64,000 bases of DNA from an uncultured Planctomycetaceae bacterium (GTDB lineage: Bacteria > Planctomycetota > Planctomycetia > Planctomycetales > Planctomycetaceae). The DNA lies in assembly GCA_963815195.1 (NCBI GenBank), contig CAWFGE010000016.1, positions 1 to 64,000 on the forward strand. The letters run 5' to 3'. This document shows, piece by piece, positions 29,307 through 39,173 of this stretch. Below the pieces are notes generated by a model. That model had not been told where the DNA came from. It was given only the letters and a program-made list of their open reading frames with translations, and searched no databases. How positions within the stretch are numbered: the stretch's first letter is position 1; each line of letters starts with the position of its first letter. The translations under genes were made by a program, and so were the position numbers.

Positions 29307-29903
29307 ATGAAACCGCACGGTCCGTGGCAGATCATTGAGACGAAACAAGTCTACCGGGATCCGTGGTTTCGCGTGGAGCGGGACGATGTGATCCGGCCCG
29401 ACGGCGAATTGGGCACTTACACGGTCGTCCATCTCAAGCCCGGCGTGTGCGTTTTGGCTTTGGATGACGAGGGGCAAGTCTGCCTCACGAAAGAGTTTCA
29501 TTACGCGGTCGGCCGCACGACGATCGAAGCCGTCAGCGGCGGGATCGAGCCGGACGAAGATCCGCTCGTGACCGCGAAGCGCGAGCTCAAGGAAGAGTTG
29601 GGAATCTCGGCGGACGATTGGCAGGAACTGGGCGTCGTCGATCCCTTCACGGCGAGCATCCTCTCGCCGGCCCGGCTGTACCTGGCGAGAACGCTGACGT
29701 TCGGCCGGCAGAATCTCGAAGGCACGGAGACGATCGAGCTGGTCAAAATGCCGTTGGAAGAAGCCGTCCGCCACGTGATCGGCAATCACATCACACACAG
29801 CCCGACCGCGATGTTGATTCTCAAGACCTGGCTTTTTGTTTCCGGGGCCGACGGAACATTGGATACCACTTTCCTGTCGTTTCCCGCTAAAATGGAGCAG
29901 TAG
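29307..29903 (+). CDS. NUDIX hydrolase (ADP-ribose pyrophosphatase-like)
   Basis: Nudix box GGIEPDEDPLVTAKRELKEELG. Confidence 0.9.
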   Translation: MKPHGPWQIIETKQVYRDPWFRVERDDVIRPDGELGTYTVVHLKPGVCVLALDDEGQVCLTKEFHYAVGRTTIEAVSGGIEPDEDPLVTAKRELKEELGISADDWQELGVVDPFTASILSPARLYLARTLTFGRQNLEGTETIELVKMPLEEAVRHVIGNHITHSPTAMLILKTWLFVSGADGTLDTTFLSFPAKMEQ

Positions 29904-30044
29904 ATCGCGGCGGGGATTTTTCTGACACAATCGACCGGGGTTTTCCGAAAATCCCGATTCCCGGCGAAACTGGTCTACCATTTGCCTCGAAAATCGGACA
30001 GTCTGAAAAGAGAACGTCCGGAGTCTTAATCTTTTCTCCTTCTA

Positions 30045-31649
30045 TTGAACGGCTCGATGCTCGAGGAACCGACCACTCACTCCGATGCGGATTTGGCAGA
30101 GAAACCGGGCCGCCCGGAACAAATCCCGCCGGCGGTTGTGGATGTCGAGGACGATGTGGCCTTGCGTCTGGAGGCTCATCAGCACCGTGCGGCCGCTCAG
30201 CAGTTTCTCTTGGAAGGCAAAATCGGCGCGGCGATTTCCTCGGCGGAGCAAGCGGTGCGGCTGTTGCATCAAGCCAGCGAGCGATTCCCCGAGAATCGCA
30301 CGTGGCTCCCGCAGCGGGTGGACAGCTATCGGCTGCTGGGCGATGCCTGGTACGCCCGGCGAAACGCCCCGCGGGCTTTGGAGGTTTATCAGGCGGCGAT
30401 CGAACTCCAGCGGTTCCGCTGCCATTCCAGCCCCAATAACCCTTTGGAGCAGCACCGCCTGGCCGTGCTCCAGGAGAAGCGCGGCGACGCGGCGTTGCTC
30501 AAAGGCGACCTGGACCTGGCGAAGCTGGCGTTTCAAACCGCCGACACGATCATCGAAGCCATCTCCGGTCACAATCCCGGCGATTCCCTTTGGCCGCGGA
30601 GCCGGGCCGTGCTGCTCGACAAGTCCGGCCGGGTGGCGCTCGGTTTGGGGCACGCCGAAGACGCCCACACCGCATATCGGGAAGCCCTCGCGCTCCGCGA
30701 AAGCGTGCTCGAGAAACTCCCGAACCAGACGTTGCCCCATTGCGAGATCGCCTCCAGCCATCTGCGGTTGGGTGATTGGAAACTGCTCGCGGGCGAACGG
30801 GACGAGGCGGAGAATCGCTATCAATCCGCCCGCCAGATTTTAGAGCCGTTGGTAAAAGCGAACCCCAACAGCCTCGAGGCTCAGCAGGAATTGTCGGTGT
30901 GCCTGGAAAAGCTGGGGGATCTGTCGCTGCGGCGGGGCCAGGCCCGGCGATCGCTCGAATGGTATCAGCAATCGCTCGCGTTGCGGATGCGCCTCGCCAA
31001 GTCGCAGCCCGAGGCGATCAAATGCCAGGCCGACCTCGCCGTGATCCGCGACAAGCTGGGCGACGTGTTTTTCAGCCAAGGCGAATGGCACGGGGCGCTT
31101 CTCGCTTATCGGGCGGCCCAGGAGAATTTCTCCCGCCTCGCCGTCGCCGATTGGAGCAATCCCCATCGGCAAAACGACCTGGCCGTCTGCCACCGCAAGC
31201 TGGGCGATGTCTGCCGGAATCGGGGCGAGCTCCCGGCCGCGCTCAAGGAATACGAAAACGCCCACAAGATCCGCCAGCGGCTCGTGATGCGGGATCCCAT
31301 GCACGAATCCTGGCAGCGCGACCTGGCGATCATCCGCGAACGCATCGGCGATGCGCTCGCGCGAAAAGGCCGCCTTAAGAAAGCGGTGCAACTGCTCGAA
31401 GCTGCCACCTTGCCCATCGAAACCTTGATCGACCGCAACCCGGCCGCCCCGCGGGCCCGGCAGGATTTGATCGTCCTCTTGTACAAGCTCTGGAAGATCA
31501 CGCTCCACGCCGGCGATGCGGCCCGCGCGAAGACACATCGGCAAACGGCGCTCCGGCTGATCGCGGACCTCGAACGCACCGGGAAACCGCTTCCGGAACC
31601 CGTCGCCGGGGCCAAGGCGAAGTTCAACGAACCGCCCCCCGCGACCTGA
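30045..31649 (+). CDS. Tetratricopeptide-repeat protein
   Basis: Repeated helical units (LAV..EKLGD...G....A...Y..AL); start codon uncertain (30045 or 30057). Confidence 0.8.
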   Translation: MNGSMLEEPTTHSDADLAEKPGRPEQIPPAVVDVEDDVALRLEAHQHRAAAQQFLLEGKIGAAISSAEQAVRLLHQASERFPENRTWLPQRVDSYRLLGDAWYARRNAPRALEVYQAAIELQRFRCHSSPNNPLEQHRLAVLQEKRGDAALLKGDLDLAKLAFQTADTIIEAISGHNPGDSLWPRSRAVLLDKSGRVALGLGHAEDAHTAYREALALRESVLEKLPNQTLPHCEIASSHLRLGDWKLLAGERDEAENRYQSARQILEPLVKANPNSLEAQQELSVCLEKLGDLSLRRGQARRSLEWYQQSLALRMRLAKSQPEAIKCQADLAVIRDKLGDVFFSQGEWHGALLAYRAAQENFSRLAVADWSNPHRQNDLAVCHRKLGDVCRNRGELPAALKEYENAHKIRQRLVMRDPMHESWQRDLAIIRERIGDALARKGRLKKAVQLLEAATLPIETLIDRNPAAPRARQDLIVLLYKLWKITLHAGDAARAKTHRQTALRLIADLERTGKPLPEPVAGAKAKFNEPPPAT

Positions 31650-31762
31650 TCGGACACTCCTTGCAACGAAAATTCGCAGAAAGATATAATCGCAGAGAGC
31701 GGCAGCTCTTGCCATTTTTCCGCTCAATCCACATCAACAACCACAGGTTCGGAGGCAAGCTG

Positions 31763-32161
31763 GTGCTCGTTCGGATGGAATTGGCCCGAATTATTATCAA
31801 CGAGATTGCCGATCAGTATCTCATCTATTTGCGCGAAGTCGGCGGGGACCGCATCTTCCCGATCTTGATCGGCTTCTTCGAGGCCAGCAGCATCAACCGG
31901 CGGTTTACCGAAGAACCTCCGCCCCGCCCGTTGACGCACGATTTGCTGAAATCTGTGATCGCGGAGATGGGCGGCGACGTGCAGGACGTGGTCGTCAACA
32001 ACCTGATCGACCACACCTATTACGCCGTGATCCGCATCCGCCACGAGGAGGAACTCATCGAGATCGACAGCCGGCCCAGCGATGCGATCGCCCTCGCCGT
32101 GCATTACGATCCGCCCATCCCGATTTACGTGGATGAGGAAGTCCTCGACGAAGTCGCCTGA
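31763..32161 (+). CDS. Bifunctional nuclease family (DUF151)
   Basis: FPILIGFFEA, RPLTHDLL, IDSRPSDAIALA; GGAGG RBS before GTG. Confidence 0.92.
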   Translation: MLVRMELARIIINEIADQYLIYLREVGGDRIFPILIGFFEASSINRRFTEEPPPRPLTHDLLKSVIAEMGGDVQDVVVNNLIDHTYYAVIRIRHEEELIEIDSRPSDAIALAVHYDPPIPIYVDEEVLDEVA

Positions 32162-32162
32162 A

Positions 32163-33776
32163 CTATTCCTCGACGGTCTCGGTCCTCGGGGTTTGGTCGT
32201 TGGGATTTGGCTGCCACGAGGGCTTCAGCGGCGTGGTGAGCGGGACGACCCAGTCGGCGTGGGCCAGGGAACGCTCGACTTCGAGGAGATCGACGTTGGG
32301 ATCGATCAGCCTTTGCGGCGGGCGGTTGTTGAGCGAAGCCGAGACGATGGCGTAAACGCCCGCCGGTTCGTAGCCCGCTTCCCGCAATCGCCGGCCGAGA
32401 AAATGCGCGTACTGCAAAAGCATGTCCGGTTTAGTCGTCATCCCGTGCCATTGCTTGGCGGTGACGGCGTCTTTTGCGGGGTCGGGAATTCGCAATCGCT
32501 CGCCTTGGGAATCGACGGCGGTGAAGTCCAGAAAATCCTCGAGGATGGCCCGGCCGGTTTTCTGGTCGTAATACGGCCGGCCGGTTTCGGGGTTTCGCAT
32601 CGGCCGCGAGTTTAGAAACCAGACGAACTGCGTGCCGGACTTTGTCGGCGCGATGAGCCGAAACTCCGCCGCGACTTTGGAGCGAAGCTTCATATGCCAC
32701 GAAAAGCGATGGCCTTCTTCGGTCCAACTCACATTGCCGGGATAAAGCCAATGCCGAAACGGGACCAGCGTCTGAAACGCGACCCATACTCCCAATAACC
32801 CCGCGACGGCTTTTTGTCGCGGGCGAAGCGAGACGCCGGCTTCCGGCGGGCTTGGCAGCGGCTTGCCGGCGGGGGATTTTTTGTCCCCTGCCGGTTTGAT
32901 CTGCACCCAATCGGGCGGCATGAACAGCAGCGTCCCCGCGACCATGAACCACGGAAACACGCCGATCTGAAACATCTGATCGTTGGAAAAGTGAAAGAAC
33001 AACGCCAACAGGAACGCCGGGATCCGCGTGTGCCGCCACAAGAGGGCCGGGACCACCAAGAGATCAAACAGCATCCCGCCCCAGGAAAAAAAATAAACGA
33101 GCGCCTCGGGCGGCGTGTCGCCCCATCGCTCGGCGAGCCAGCTTCGCATCGGTTCGCCGCGGAGCCAATCGCCGTTGAGCTTGGCAATGCCGCCGTAGGT
33201 GTAGGCAATCCCCACTTGAAACCGCAGAAGCCACAACGTCCACGCGGGGGCGATGGTCCTTCGGATCTTGGGCCGCAGCCAGGCATCGACCGACCACGCG
33301 CAGCCCGCCGGCAGAAAGATCATCAGAAAGCTCACCAGGCTGATGAGATAAAAATGGTTGAGGTAAGTCGCCTGGTCCAAGAGGAAGATATAGGTAAAGC
33401 CCAGGAAGAACAGCGTCGTCGCCGCGCGGTAAAAACAGCCCGCCGCGATGAATAGCGCGAGCACCAGCAGGCCCCAGAAGTGGTAATACATCCCGTTTCC
33501 AGGCCAGGGCGAGACCCATTCGAAGCCGAAGTATTTGAAGAAGACTTCCGGCTGAAGGTAGAGCCGTTCGATCCAATCCGCCTGCCGGTACCGCGAGGTC
33601 AGATACCGCGAGGCTTCCCAGGCCATCAAGAGCCCGAACGAAATGCGAAAGAACACCAACAGTCCCGCATCGATCGGCTGGAACATGGCCCTCAGAAACC
33701 CGGGCCCCGCGGCGCGAAGTCTCGAGAGTCCGCCGGGAGCCGGCGGGGTTTGGGCATCGGTCGAAGGAGCGGACAC
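32163..33776 (-). CDS. HTTM-domain / vitamin K-dependent gamma-carboxylase-like protein
   Basis: FRISFG, YLNHFYL, GIAKLNGDWLRG, IGVFPW, WTEEGHRFSWHMKLR, SLNNRPPQRLIDPNVDL; start uncertain. Confidence 0.88.
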   Translation of the reverse strand: MSAPSTDAQTPPAPGGLSRLRAAGPGFLRAMFQPIDAGLLVFFRISFGLLMAWEASRYLTSRYRQADWIERLYLQPEVFFKYFGFEWVSPWPGNGMYYHFWGLLVLALFIAAGCFYRAATTLFFLGFTYIFLLDQATYLNHFYLISLVSFLMIFLPAGCAWSVDAWLRPKIRRTIAPAWTLWLLRFQVGIAYTYGGIAKLNGDWLRGEPMRSWLAERWGDTPPEALVYFFSWGGMLFDLLVVPALLWRHTRIPAFLLALFFHFSNDQMFQIGVFPWFMVAGTLLFMPPDWVQIKPAGDKKSPAGKPLPSPPEAGVSLRPRQKAVAGLLGVWVAFQTLVPFRHWLYPGNVSWTEEGHRFSWHMKLRSKVAAEFRLIAPTKSGTQFVWFLNSRPMRNPETGRPYYDQKTGRAILEDFLDFTAVDSQGERLRIPDPAKDAVTAKQWHGMTTKPDMLLQYAHFLGRRLREAGYEPAGVYAIVSASLNNRPPQRLIDPNVDLLEVERSLAHADWVVPLTTPLKPSWQPNPNDQTPRTETVEE

Positions 33777-33887
33777 GGAAAGACATTCCTCACGGCGGCG
33801 GGAGAACAATCGGGCCAGTCGGCTTTCCGATTGTGTCCCACGCCGATACGGGAATCAATGCCAACCTTCCACCCGAGTTCTTCCCAT

Positions 33888-35096
33888 TCACTCCGCAAAG
33901 CGCGGGACTTCGACGAGTTGGGGTTTGGGATCGAAGATCCAGGCCTTTTCCGGCAATTGGTTGCCTTTGAGGACCGGCGGGATCGTCAACTGCTCGGCCG
34001 CGAGGAAGGGGCGTTTGGTCTGGGCGTGTTCTTTGACCTTTGCCCCGAAGGCTTTGCGGTAGATGGCAATGCGGGGATCGTCCACGCGGTCGAACGAGCC
34101 CACGGTGACCACGGATCGGAAGCGGTCGTGCCAAATCCAGGCTTCAAACGCCTGCGGCTTGGCTTGCACATGGGGCAACTCGGGCGTTTTGATGTCATCA
34201 TCCAAGATCGTGACAAAATAGCCCCGGCGGAGCAGCGTGGCGACTTCCCAGGCATTGTCGGCGGCTTCGCCGAGGGAATCGCCCACCTTGAAAGATTGTT
34301 GGGCTTCGCGGAAGTTCGCCAGTCCGACCATCCCGACCTGGGCTTTGGAGGACTTTCCATAAAACGAGGCGACGACGAGGGTGTATTTGCCCGGGTTGTT
34401 GAGCAGCGACATGTCATTGCCGGAGTTGAGCTTCACGAGCAGCGGATCTCGCTTGCGGATTTCCACGTCTTCGGGGTCGAGGAGCGGATTGAGCGTGAGA
34501 AACGCTCCGGCGAGCGGACCGTGCCCCTGGCGGAGTTTGCCCGGCGTCAGCCGCAGGATCCCGCCGCTTTTCAGCTTCCGGACCGACGACCGCGAGGCCG
34601 CGCCGGCTTCCTGGAAGTTGGCGTCGGGCACGGTGAGAAACTCCGGCTCGAAGCGGTCTTCGATCCAGGCCAAGGTGTCCTTGGCAAGCTTTCCGCTCTT
34701 GGAAGATTCGTCCGTGCTTTCGTAATTTCCCGCCAGCACGCTGAAGGTCTGCTGCTTCGCCTTGATGGCCCGCGTCCGCAAGCGGCCTTGAAGGTCTGTG
34801 GTCTTGACTTCCTCGTGAACCTCGTTTTGCGCGTACGCGTAGGCGGGAATGCCCGCTTTCCGCAGTTCATACACCAACTGGTCCGCAGCGTCTTTGGGCG
34901 ACATTCCCTCGGAGCGGCGCTCCGGGGGGGGCGTCTTGAAGCTCGCCACCATGATCATCCACGGTCCGTGGCGCTTGGTGAGGAAGTATTCCTTCCCCTT
35001 GACCGCCTCGATCCGAGCCGCAAAACCGGGGGAAGACAGCACCAACAGCCCGGCCGCGAGCGCCGGCAGAATACGAAGCAGCTTTGAAATTCTCAC
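33888..35096 (-). CDS. Secreted conserved hypothetical protein
   Basis: Signal peptide; GPWMIMVASF, YTLVVASF and HDRFRSVVTVGSF internal duplication (SPOR-like). Confidence 0.7.
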   Translation of the reverse strand: MRISKLLRILPALAAGLLVLSSPGFAARIEAVKGKEYFLTKRHGPWMIMVASFKTPPPERRSEGMSPKDAADQLVYELRKAGIPAYAYAQNEVHEEVKTTDLQGRLRTRAIKAKQQTFSVLAGNYESTDESSKSGKLAKDTLAWIEDRFEPEFLTVPDANFQEAGAASRSSVRKLKSGGILRLTPGKLRQGHGPLAGAFLTLNPLLDPEDVEIRKRDPLLVKLNSGNDMSLLNNPGKYTLVVASFYGKSSKAQVGMVGLANFREAQQSFKVGDSLGEAADNAWEVATLLRRGYFVTILDDDIKTPELPHVQAKPQAFEAWIWHDRFRSVVTVGSFDRVDDPRIAIYRKAFGAKVKEHAQTKRPFLAAEQLTIPPVLKGNQLPEKAWIFDPKPQLVEVPRFAE

Positions 35097-35188
35097 AACA
35101 AACTCCATTCGGTGAGAACTGAAACGAGAAAACATCCGAGACCGGTTCCACCGGTCGACCGCGTCGGGGCGGGATGCTAGCAATTTTT

Positions 35189-35926
35189 TCAAATCGAGTC
35201 CAGAGGCCAATTTTCGCCTAAAGATTCCTGTTGAATGGCGGTCAATTTCCGGATGCCGGCCTCGGCGGCAGCGAGTTGGGCATTGAGCTGCTCGCGGTCG
35301 AACGTGCCGCGCTCCGCCGTGCCCTGGACCTCGACAAATTTTCCCTGCCCGGTGAGGACGACATTCATATCGACTTCCGCCCGCACATCTTCGGCATAGT
35401 CCAGATCGCAGAGCACTTCGCCGTCCACGATCCCCACGCTCACCGCGGCCACGCTGTCCAACAACACGGGCCGGTCCGCCGGCAGGAGTTGTTTGAGTGA
35501 CGCCAGCGCATCGGCAAGGGCGATAAACCCGCCGGTGATGCTCAGTGTGCGCGTCCCGCCGTCCGCTTCGAGCACGTCGCAGTCGATGGTCACGGTGCGG
35601 GGGCCGAGGGCTTCGAAATCGATCACCGCCCGTAGGCTGCGTCCGATGAGCCGCTGGATTTCGGTGGTGCGGCCGTCGACTTTGGTCCGGTCCCGGCGTT
35701 TGCGCGGCGAGGTGCTGCCCGGGAGCATGTTGTATTCGGCGGTCGCCCAGCCGCTGGGATTCTCGATGTGCGATTTCCAGGGGGGCACGCTGTCTTCCAC
35801 ACTGGCCGTGCAGAGGATCGTCGTCCGCCCGGCTGTCATCAACACGCTGCCCGGCGTCGCTTTCGTAAAGCCGCGCTCGATAGAAATCGGCCGCAGTTCT
35901 AAAGGTTGTCGGTTGTCGCTACGCAT
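35189..35926 (-). CDS. rph: Ribonuclease PH
   Basis: [53 protein letters not shown]. Confidence 0.97.
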   Translation of the reverse strand: MRSDNRQPLELRPISIERGFTKATPGSVLMTAGRTTILCTASVEDSVPPWKSHIENPSGWATAEYNMLPGSTSPRKRRDRTKVDGRTTEIQRLIGRSLRAVIDFEALGPRTVTIDCDVLEADGGTRTLSITGGFIALADALASLKQLLPADRPVLLDSVAAVSVGIVDGEVLCDLDYAEDVRAEVDMNVVLTGQGKFVEVQGTAERGTFDREQLNAQLAAAEAGIRKLTAIQQESLGENWPLDSI

Positions 35927-36076
35927 GAGTTGCCGGTTTCCGGTTTAATGTTCTGGCGAGCCGAGCCGCATAAGCGGCCGGGTATTTCCGACGAAAAAAC
36001 GCTCTTCTCAAAAAAAGCCAGAGACCGGAAGTGCGTCTTCGGGTCTCTGGCTTCAGGACAACACACGGAGATCGGT

Positions 36077-38614
36077 TTAGAAGTTGCCGATGACTTCGCC
36101 GCCGGCGATGGTGGACAAGGCTTCCATCGTGTTGGGATCGATGTTTTCGGAAACGAAACGCGCCGAGCCGTCGCCCATTAGCATTAAGCAACCGCCGGTG
36201 TGGAACCCGCCGAGGCCGTCGGGGCCGTTGATGTAGGGCTTTTTGGTGAGGGCCCGAATCGTGCTCTCGCCGCCCGCGGCCCAGCGGCCCAAATCCTTGC
36301 TGGCTTCGGAGACCATCACGGTGTTGGAGGTTCCATCGAGGATGTCGCGAATCCGCGTGGTGCGGTTGTAGCCGAACACGCCGGCTTTCTTGCTGGTTTT
36401 CGGCAGAGTCGGGGCATCTTTGCCGACGCCCGCGATGCCCACGTAATTCGTGGGGCCGTTCACCTTGTCCGGCTGGCTGGGCACGCTGGGGTTGATGTAA
36501 ACCGGAATCTTTATGGAGGTGAACTTCGCGTTGTCCTTCGCATCCCAGGAGTCGTCAAAGTCGATGTTCTGGAACAGCGGTTGTTGATCGAGAAACGGCA
36601 AGATCTTTGCCTGCCAGCTCAGGCGTTTCTCGGGTTTGAGTTTCTCGTTGGGCTGCGTGCCCGGTGGGAATTCCTGAAACGTGTCGTGGTAATTGTGGAG
36701 CGCGATGCCGATTTGTTTGAGGTTGTTCCTGGATGTCGACCGCCGGGCGGCTTCGCGGGCTTGTTGGACGGCGGGCAGCAACAGGGCCACGAGCACGGCC
36801 ACCGCCGGGGCGCCGCCGCTGTCCACCAAAGGCAGCGATGGCAGCGACGAACGGGAGTCGCAGCGGATGCCGTTCTCGTCGACGCTTTGCACCATCACAT
36901 TGGGGAACAAGGGCTTAGACACCAGTTCCGCCGGGGGCAGTTCCGCGACGGAAAAATTCAGCGGACCGCTCCGCCGGCCCTGCGGAGAATCCTGCCAGGC
37001 CGCCTGCATGACCGGCATCAACAGCGGCATCAAACTCATCAGCGTTTTCACGCCCTCTTGCGGATAGGTCACGGTGATCGAGGTGAACTTCTTGGGCAAC
37101 TCGGCGAGGGCTGTTTTATAGTCCTCCGTGGCTTGCCAGCGGTCCAACTTGCCGTCGAGCCGCAGGTAAAACGCTTCCACCGACTGCGGCACGATGCCCA
37201 CGACAAGCCAGCCATCGGCGACCGCGAACGAGGGGTTGAACACGCCGCCGCCGATTTCCAGCGTGACGATTTCGCGGCCTTGCTTCGTGGTTTTCTTGAC
37301 GGTCAGTTCGCGCGGCGAAGTCTGCTCCCCGGCCCGGCCGAGGAGGTTCATCAGCGTGGCCTTCAAGGTCTTTTCATCATCGACCTGCTGCGCCACGGTC
37401 ACGCCCGCGCCGAACATTCCCAACTGCCCGTCCGCATACACGCAGGACACGTCGCCCAACGGCTTGAACAAGTCGGTCTTCGGATCGAACCCGACAATCA
37501 CGGGCAGGTTTTTGAGCAAACCGTCCAACTGGGCCGCGGCATCGGGCGGCCCGAGGGCGGCGACCTTTTGAGCGACCTCGACCGTCGCTTCATACACTTT
37601 CTCCCATTCCACCGTGCAGGCGTGGAAGCCCAGCGTGTTCGCGGGCATCGGCGGGAGGTCTTTGAGGCCCAAAGGCTTCTCGCCCGCATAAGCGAGCAGG
37701 CCTTCGCGCGGCCCCGTGGTTTCCAAAAGGGTCTCGGACCACATCGCTTCCCCCTTGAAGCCCGATCGCGACACCAGCGCCCCCACGTTGTGAAGGCCCA
37801 CCGCTTTGAGGACGTCGTTCACCGTCGAACGCGGAGCGTCGCGGCCCGCGGGAGGCAGCGGCATCTGGCCGAAGGTGTCACGGAGCGAACCCAAATCCAG
37901 CCAACTCAGCGAGGTCGTGCCGGCCCGCGGTTTGTCTTCGTGATATTTCTTCCACAACGGGTTTTTGGTGATGTTGGGCGATTTGCCCGCGGCGACGGCG
38001 ACGCCGCTTTCCACGGCATCGATGCCCACCGCGATCAAAAGATGTTTGCCTTCCGTCCACCAGCCCAGTTCCACGCCGGGGGAGTTGGGCAAAATGCCAC
38101 TGGTGACTTCCCGCCCCGAAACCACGTGGGCCTGGAATTCCACGTCGCCCCGCGTGGCCTGTTTGAGGAAATGCGCCAACTGCGGTTCAAACTTCGCCGC
38201 CTGCGGGAAGACGACGACGCTGGCAACCTTCGGCGGACCTTGGGCGGCCTCGACCGAGACCGCCGCCGACACCCCGTTTTGCGCGAGGGTGTGGTAAACG
38301 TCGCGAAGCACGCTGAGATCCTGGCCTCCGCCGGCTTTTTTCGAGACGGCGTCGACCAGATTGCCGATCGCGTCCATCAGCCCGGATTCGTAGACCGCCT
38401 TGTAAGCGGCGGTTTTTTCGAACTCGGCCTCGTGCGCCGCCAGACCGTCGCAGCCGAAGTACATCACGGCATCGGCGGGAAGCAGGGTCTCGGGCGCGGG
38501 CGACTTCGCCGGGGCCGTCTCTTGCGCCTCGCCCGGCGACCAGCCCCACCAGAACACGCCCGCGCACACGGCCAACAACAGGCCCCAACCCAAATTCGTC
38601 TGCCACCGCGTCAT
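36077..38614 (-). CDS. DUF1559 (SBP_bac_10) protein with long N-terminal extension
   Basis: Signal peptide; internal VLVALLLPAVQQAREAARRSTSRNNLKQIGIALHNYHD; DILDGTSNT; HTGGCLMLMGDGSARFVSENID. Confidence 0.9.
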   Translation of the reverse strand: MTRWQTNLGWGLLLAVCAGVFWWGWSPGEAQETAPAKSPAPETLLPADAVMYFGCDGLAAHEAEFEKTAAYKAVYESGLMDAIGNLVDAVSKKAGGGQDLSVLRDVYHTLAQNGVSAAVSVEAAQGPPKVASVVVFPQAAKFEPQLAHFLKQATRGDVEFQAHVVSGREVTSGILPNSPGVELGWWTEGKHLLIAVGIDAVESGVAVAAGKSPNITKNPLWKKYHEDKPRAGTTSLSWLDLGSLRDTFGQMPLPPAGRDAPRSTVNDVLKAVGLHNVGALVSRSGFKGEAMWSETLLETTGPREGLLAYAGEKPLGLKDLPPMPANTLGFHACTVEWEKVYEATVEVAQKVAALGPPDAAAQLDGLLKNLPVIVGFDPKTDLFKPLGDVSCVYADGQLGMFGAGVTVAQQVDDEKTLKATLMNLLGRAGEQTSPRELTVKKTTKQGREIVTLEIGGGVFNPSFAVADGWLVVGIVPQSVEAFYLRLDGKLDRWQATEDYKTALAELPKKFTSITVTYPQEGVKTLMSLMPLLMPVMQAAWQDSPQGRRSGPLNFSVAELPPAELVSKPLFPNVMVQSVDENGIRCDSRSSLPSLPLVDSGGAPAVAVLVALLLPAVQQAREAARRSTSRNNLKQIGIALHNYHDTFQEFPPGTQPNEKLKPEKRLSWQAKILPFLDQQPLFQNIDFDDSWDAKDNAKFTSIKIPVYINPSVPSQPDKVNGPTNYVGIAGVGKDAPTLPKTSKKAGVFGYNRTTRIRDILDGTSNTVMVSEASKDLGRWAAGGESTIRALTKKPYINGPDGLGGFHTGGCLMLMGDGSARFVSENIDPNTMEALSTIAGGEVIGNF

Positions 38615-39173
38615 TGCCTAGCTCCTTCCTCAGAGGGGATATAAGTCTTCCGCTTCGTTGGTTCTTCCTGTTGCGTTCTTTGGGAAAAAGCGAAAGTCGA
38701 TTGTCGTGGGCGTCCGGCTCCGTTCAGTATGCCAATCCAAATCCATTTGACAAGCGGAATCGTCCCCGTGTTCCATGAAAATCCGATTTGCAGGAAATGC
38801 GGGTCGGGGCCAAGTTGCGACGTCTGCGCGGCATCTTGCGCCCGTCGATCGATCCCGGCGGCTGGAAGCCGCCGATGCGAAAGAGGCAAAGTTGACCTCG
38901 ATCGCCTTGTCTCGGGAGACTTCCCGACTGGACTCAATTCCCCATCTTCCATATATTGTCTGGGATAGGCAGCCGGAATTCTCAAATCCGCGTTGGTCCA
39001 CCTGAACCCGCCGGGCCGGTTTTTGAAATTCTCTCCGATCGTGCCGGTTTTGGCTCGGCACAATTCGAGCGCATGACGATCTGACGATTAAACCTCCGCC
39101 GCTGTTGCCAATCGCGGCGGTCTTCGGGGTCACGGATTTCCAACACAGGGCTTCCATTTTCGAGGGAAGATTC

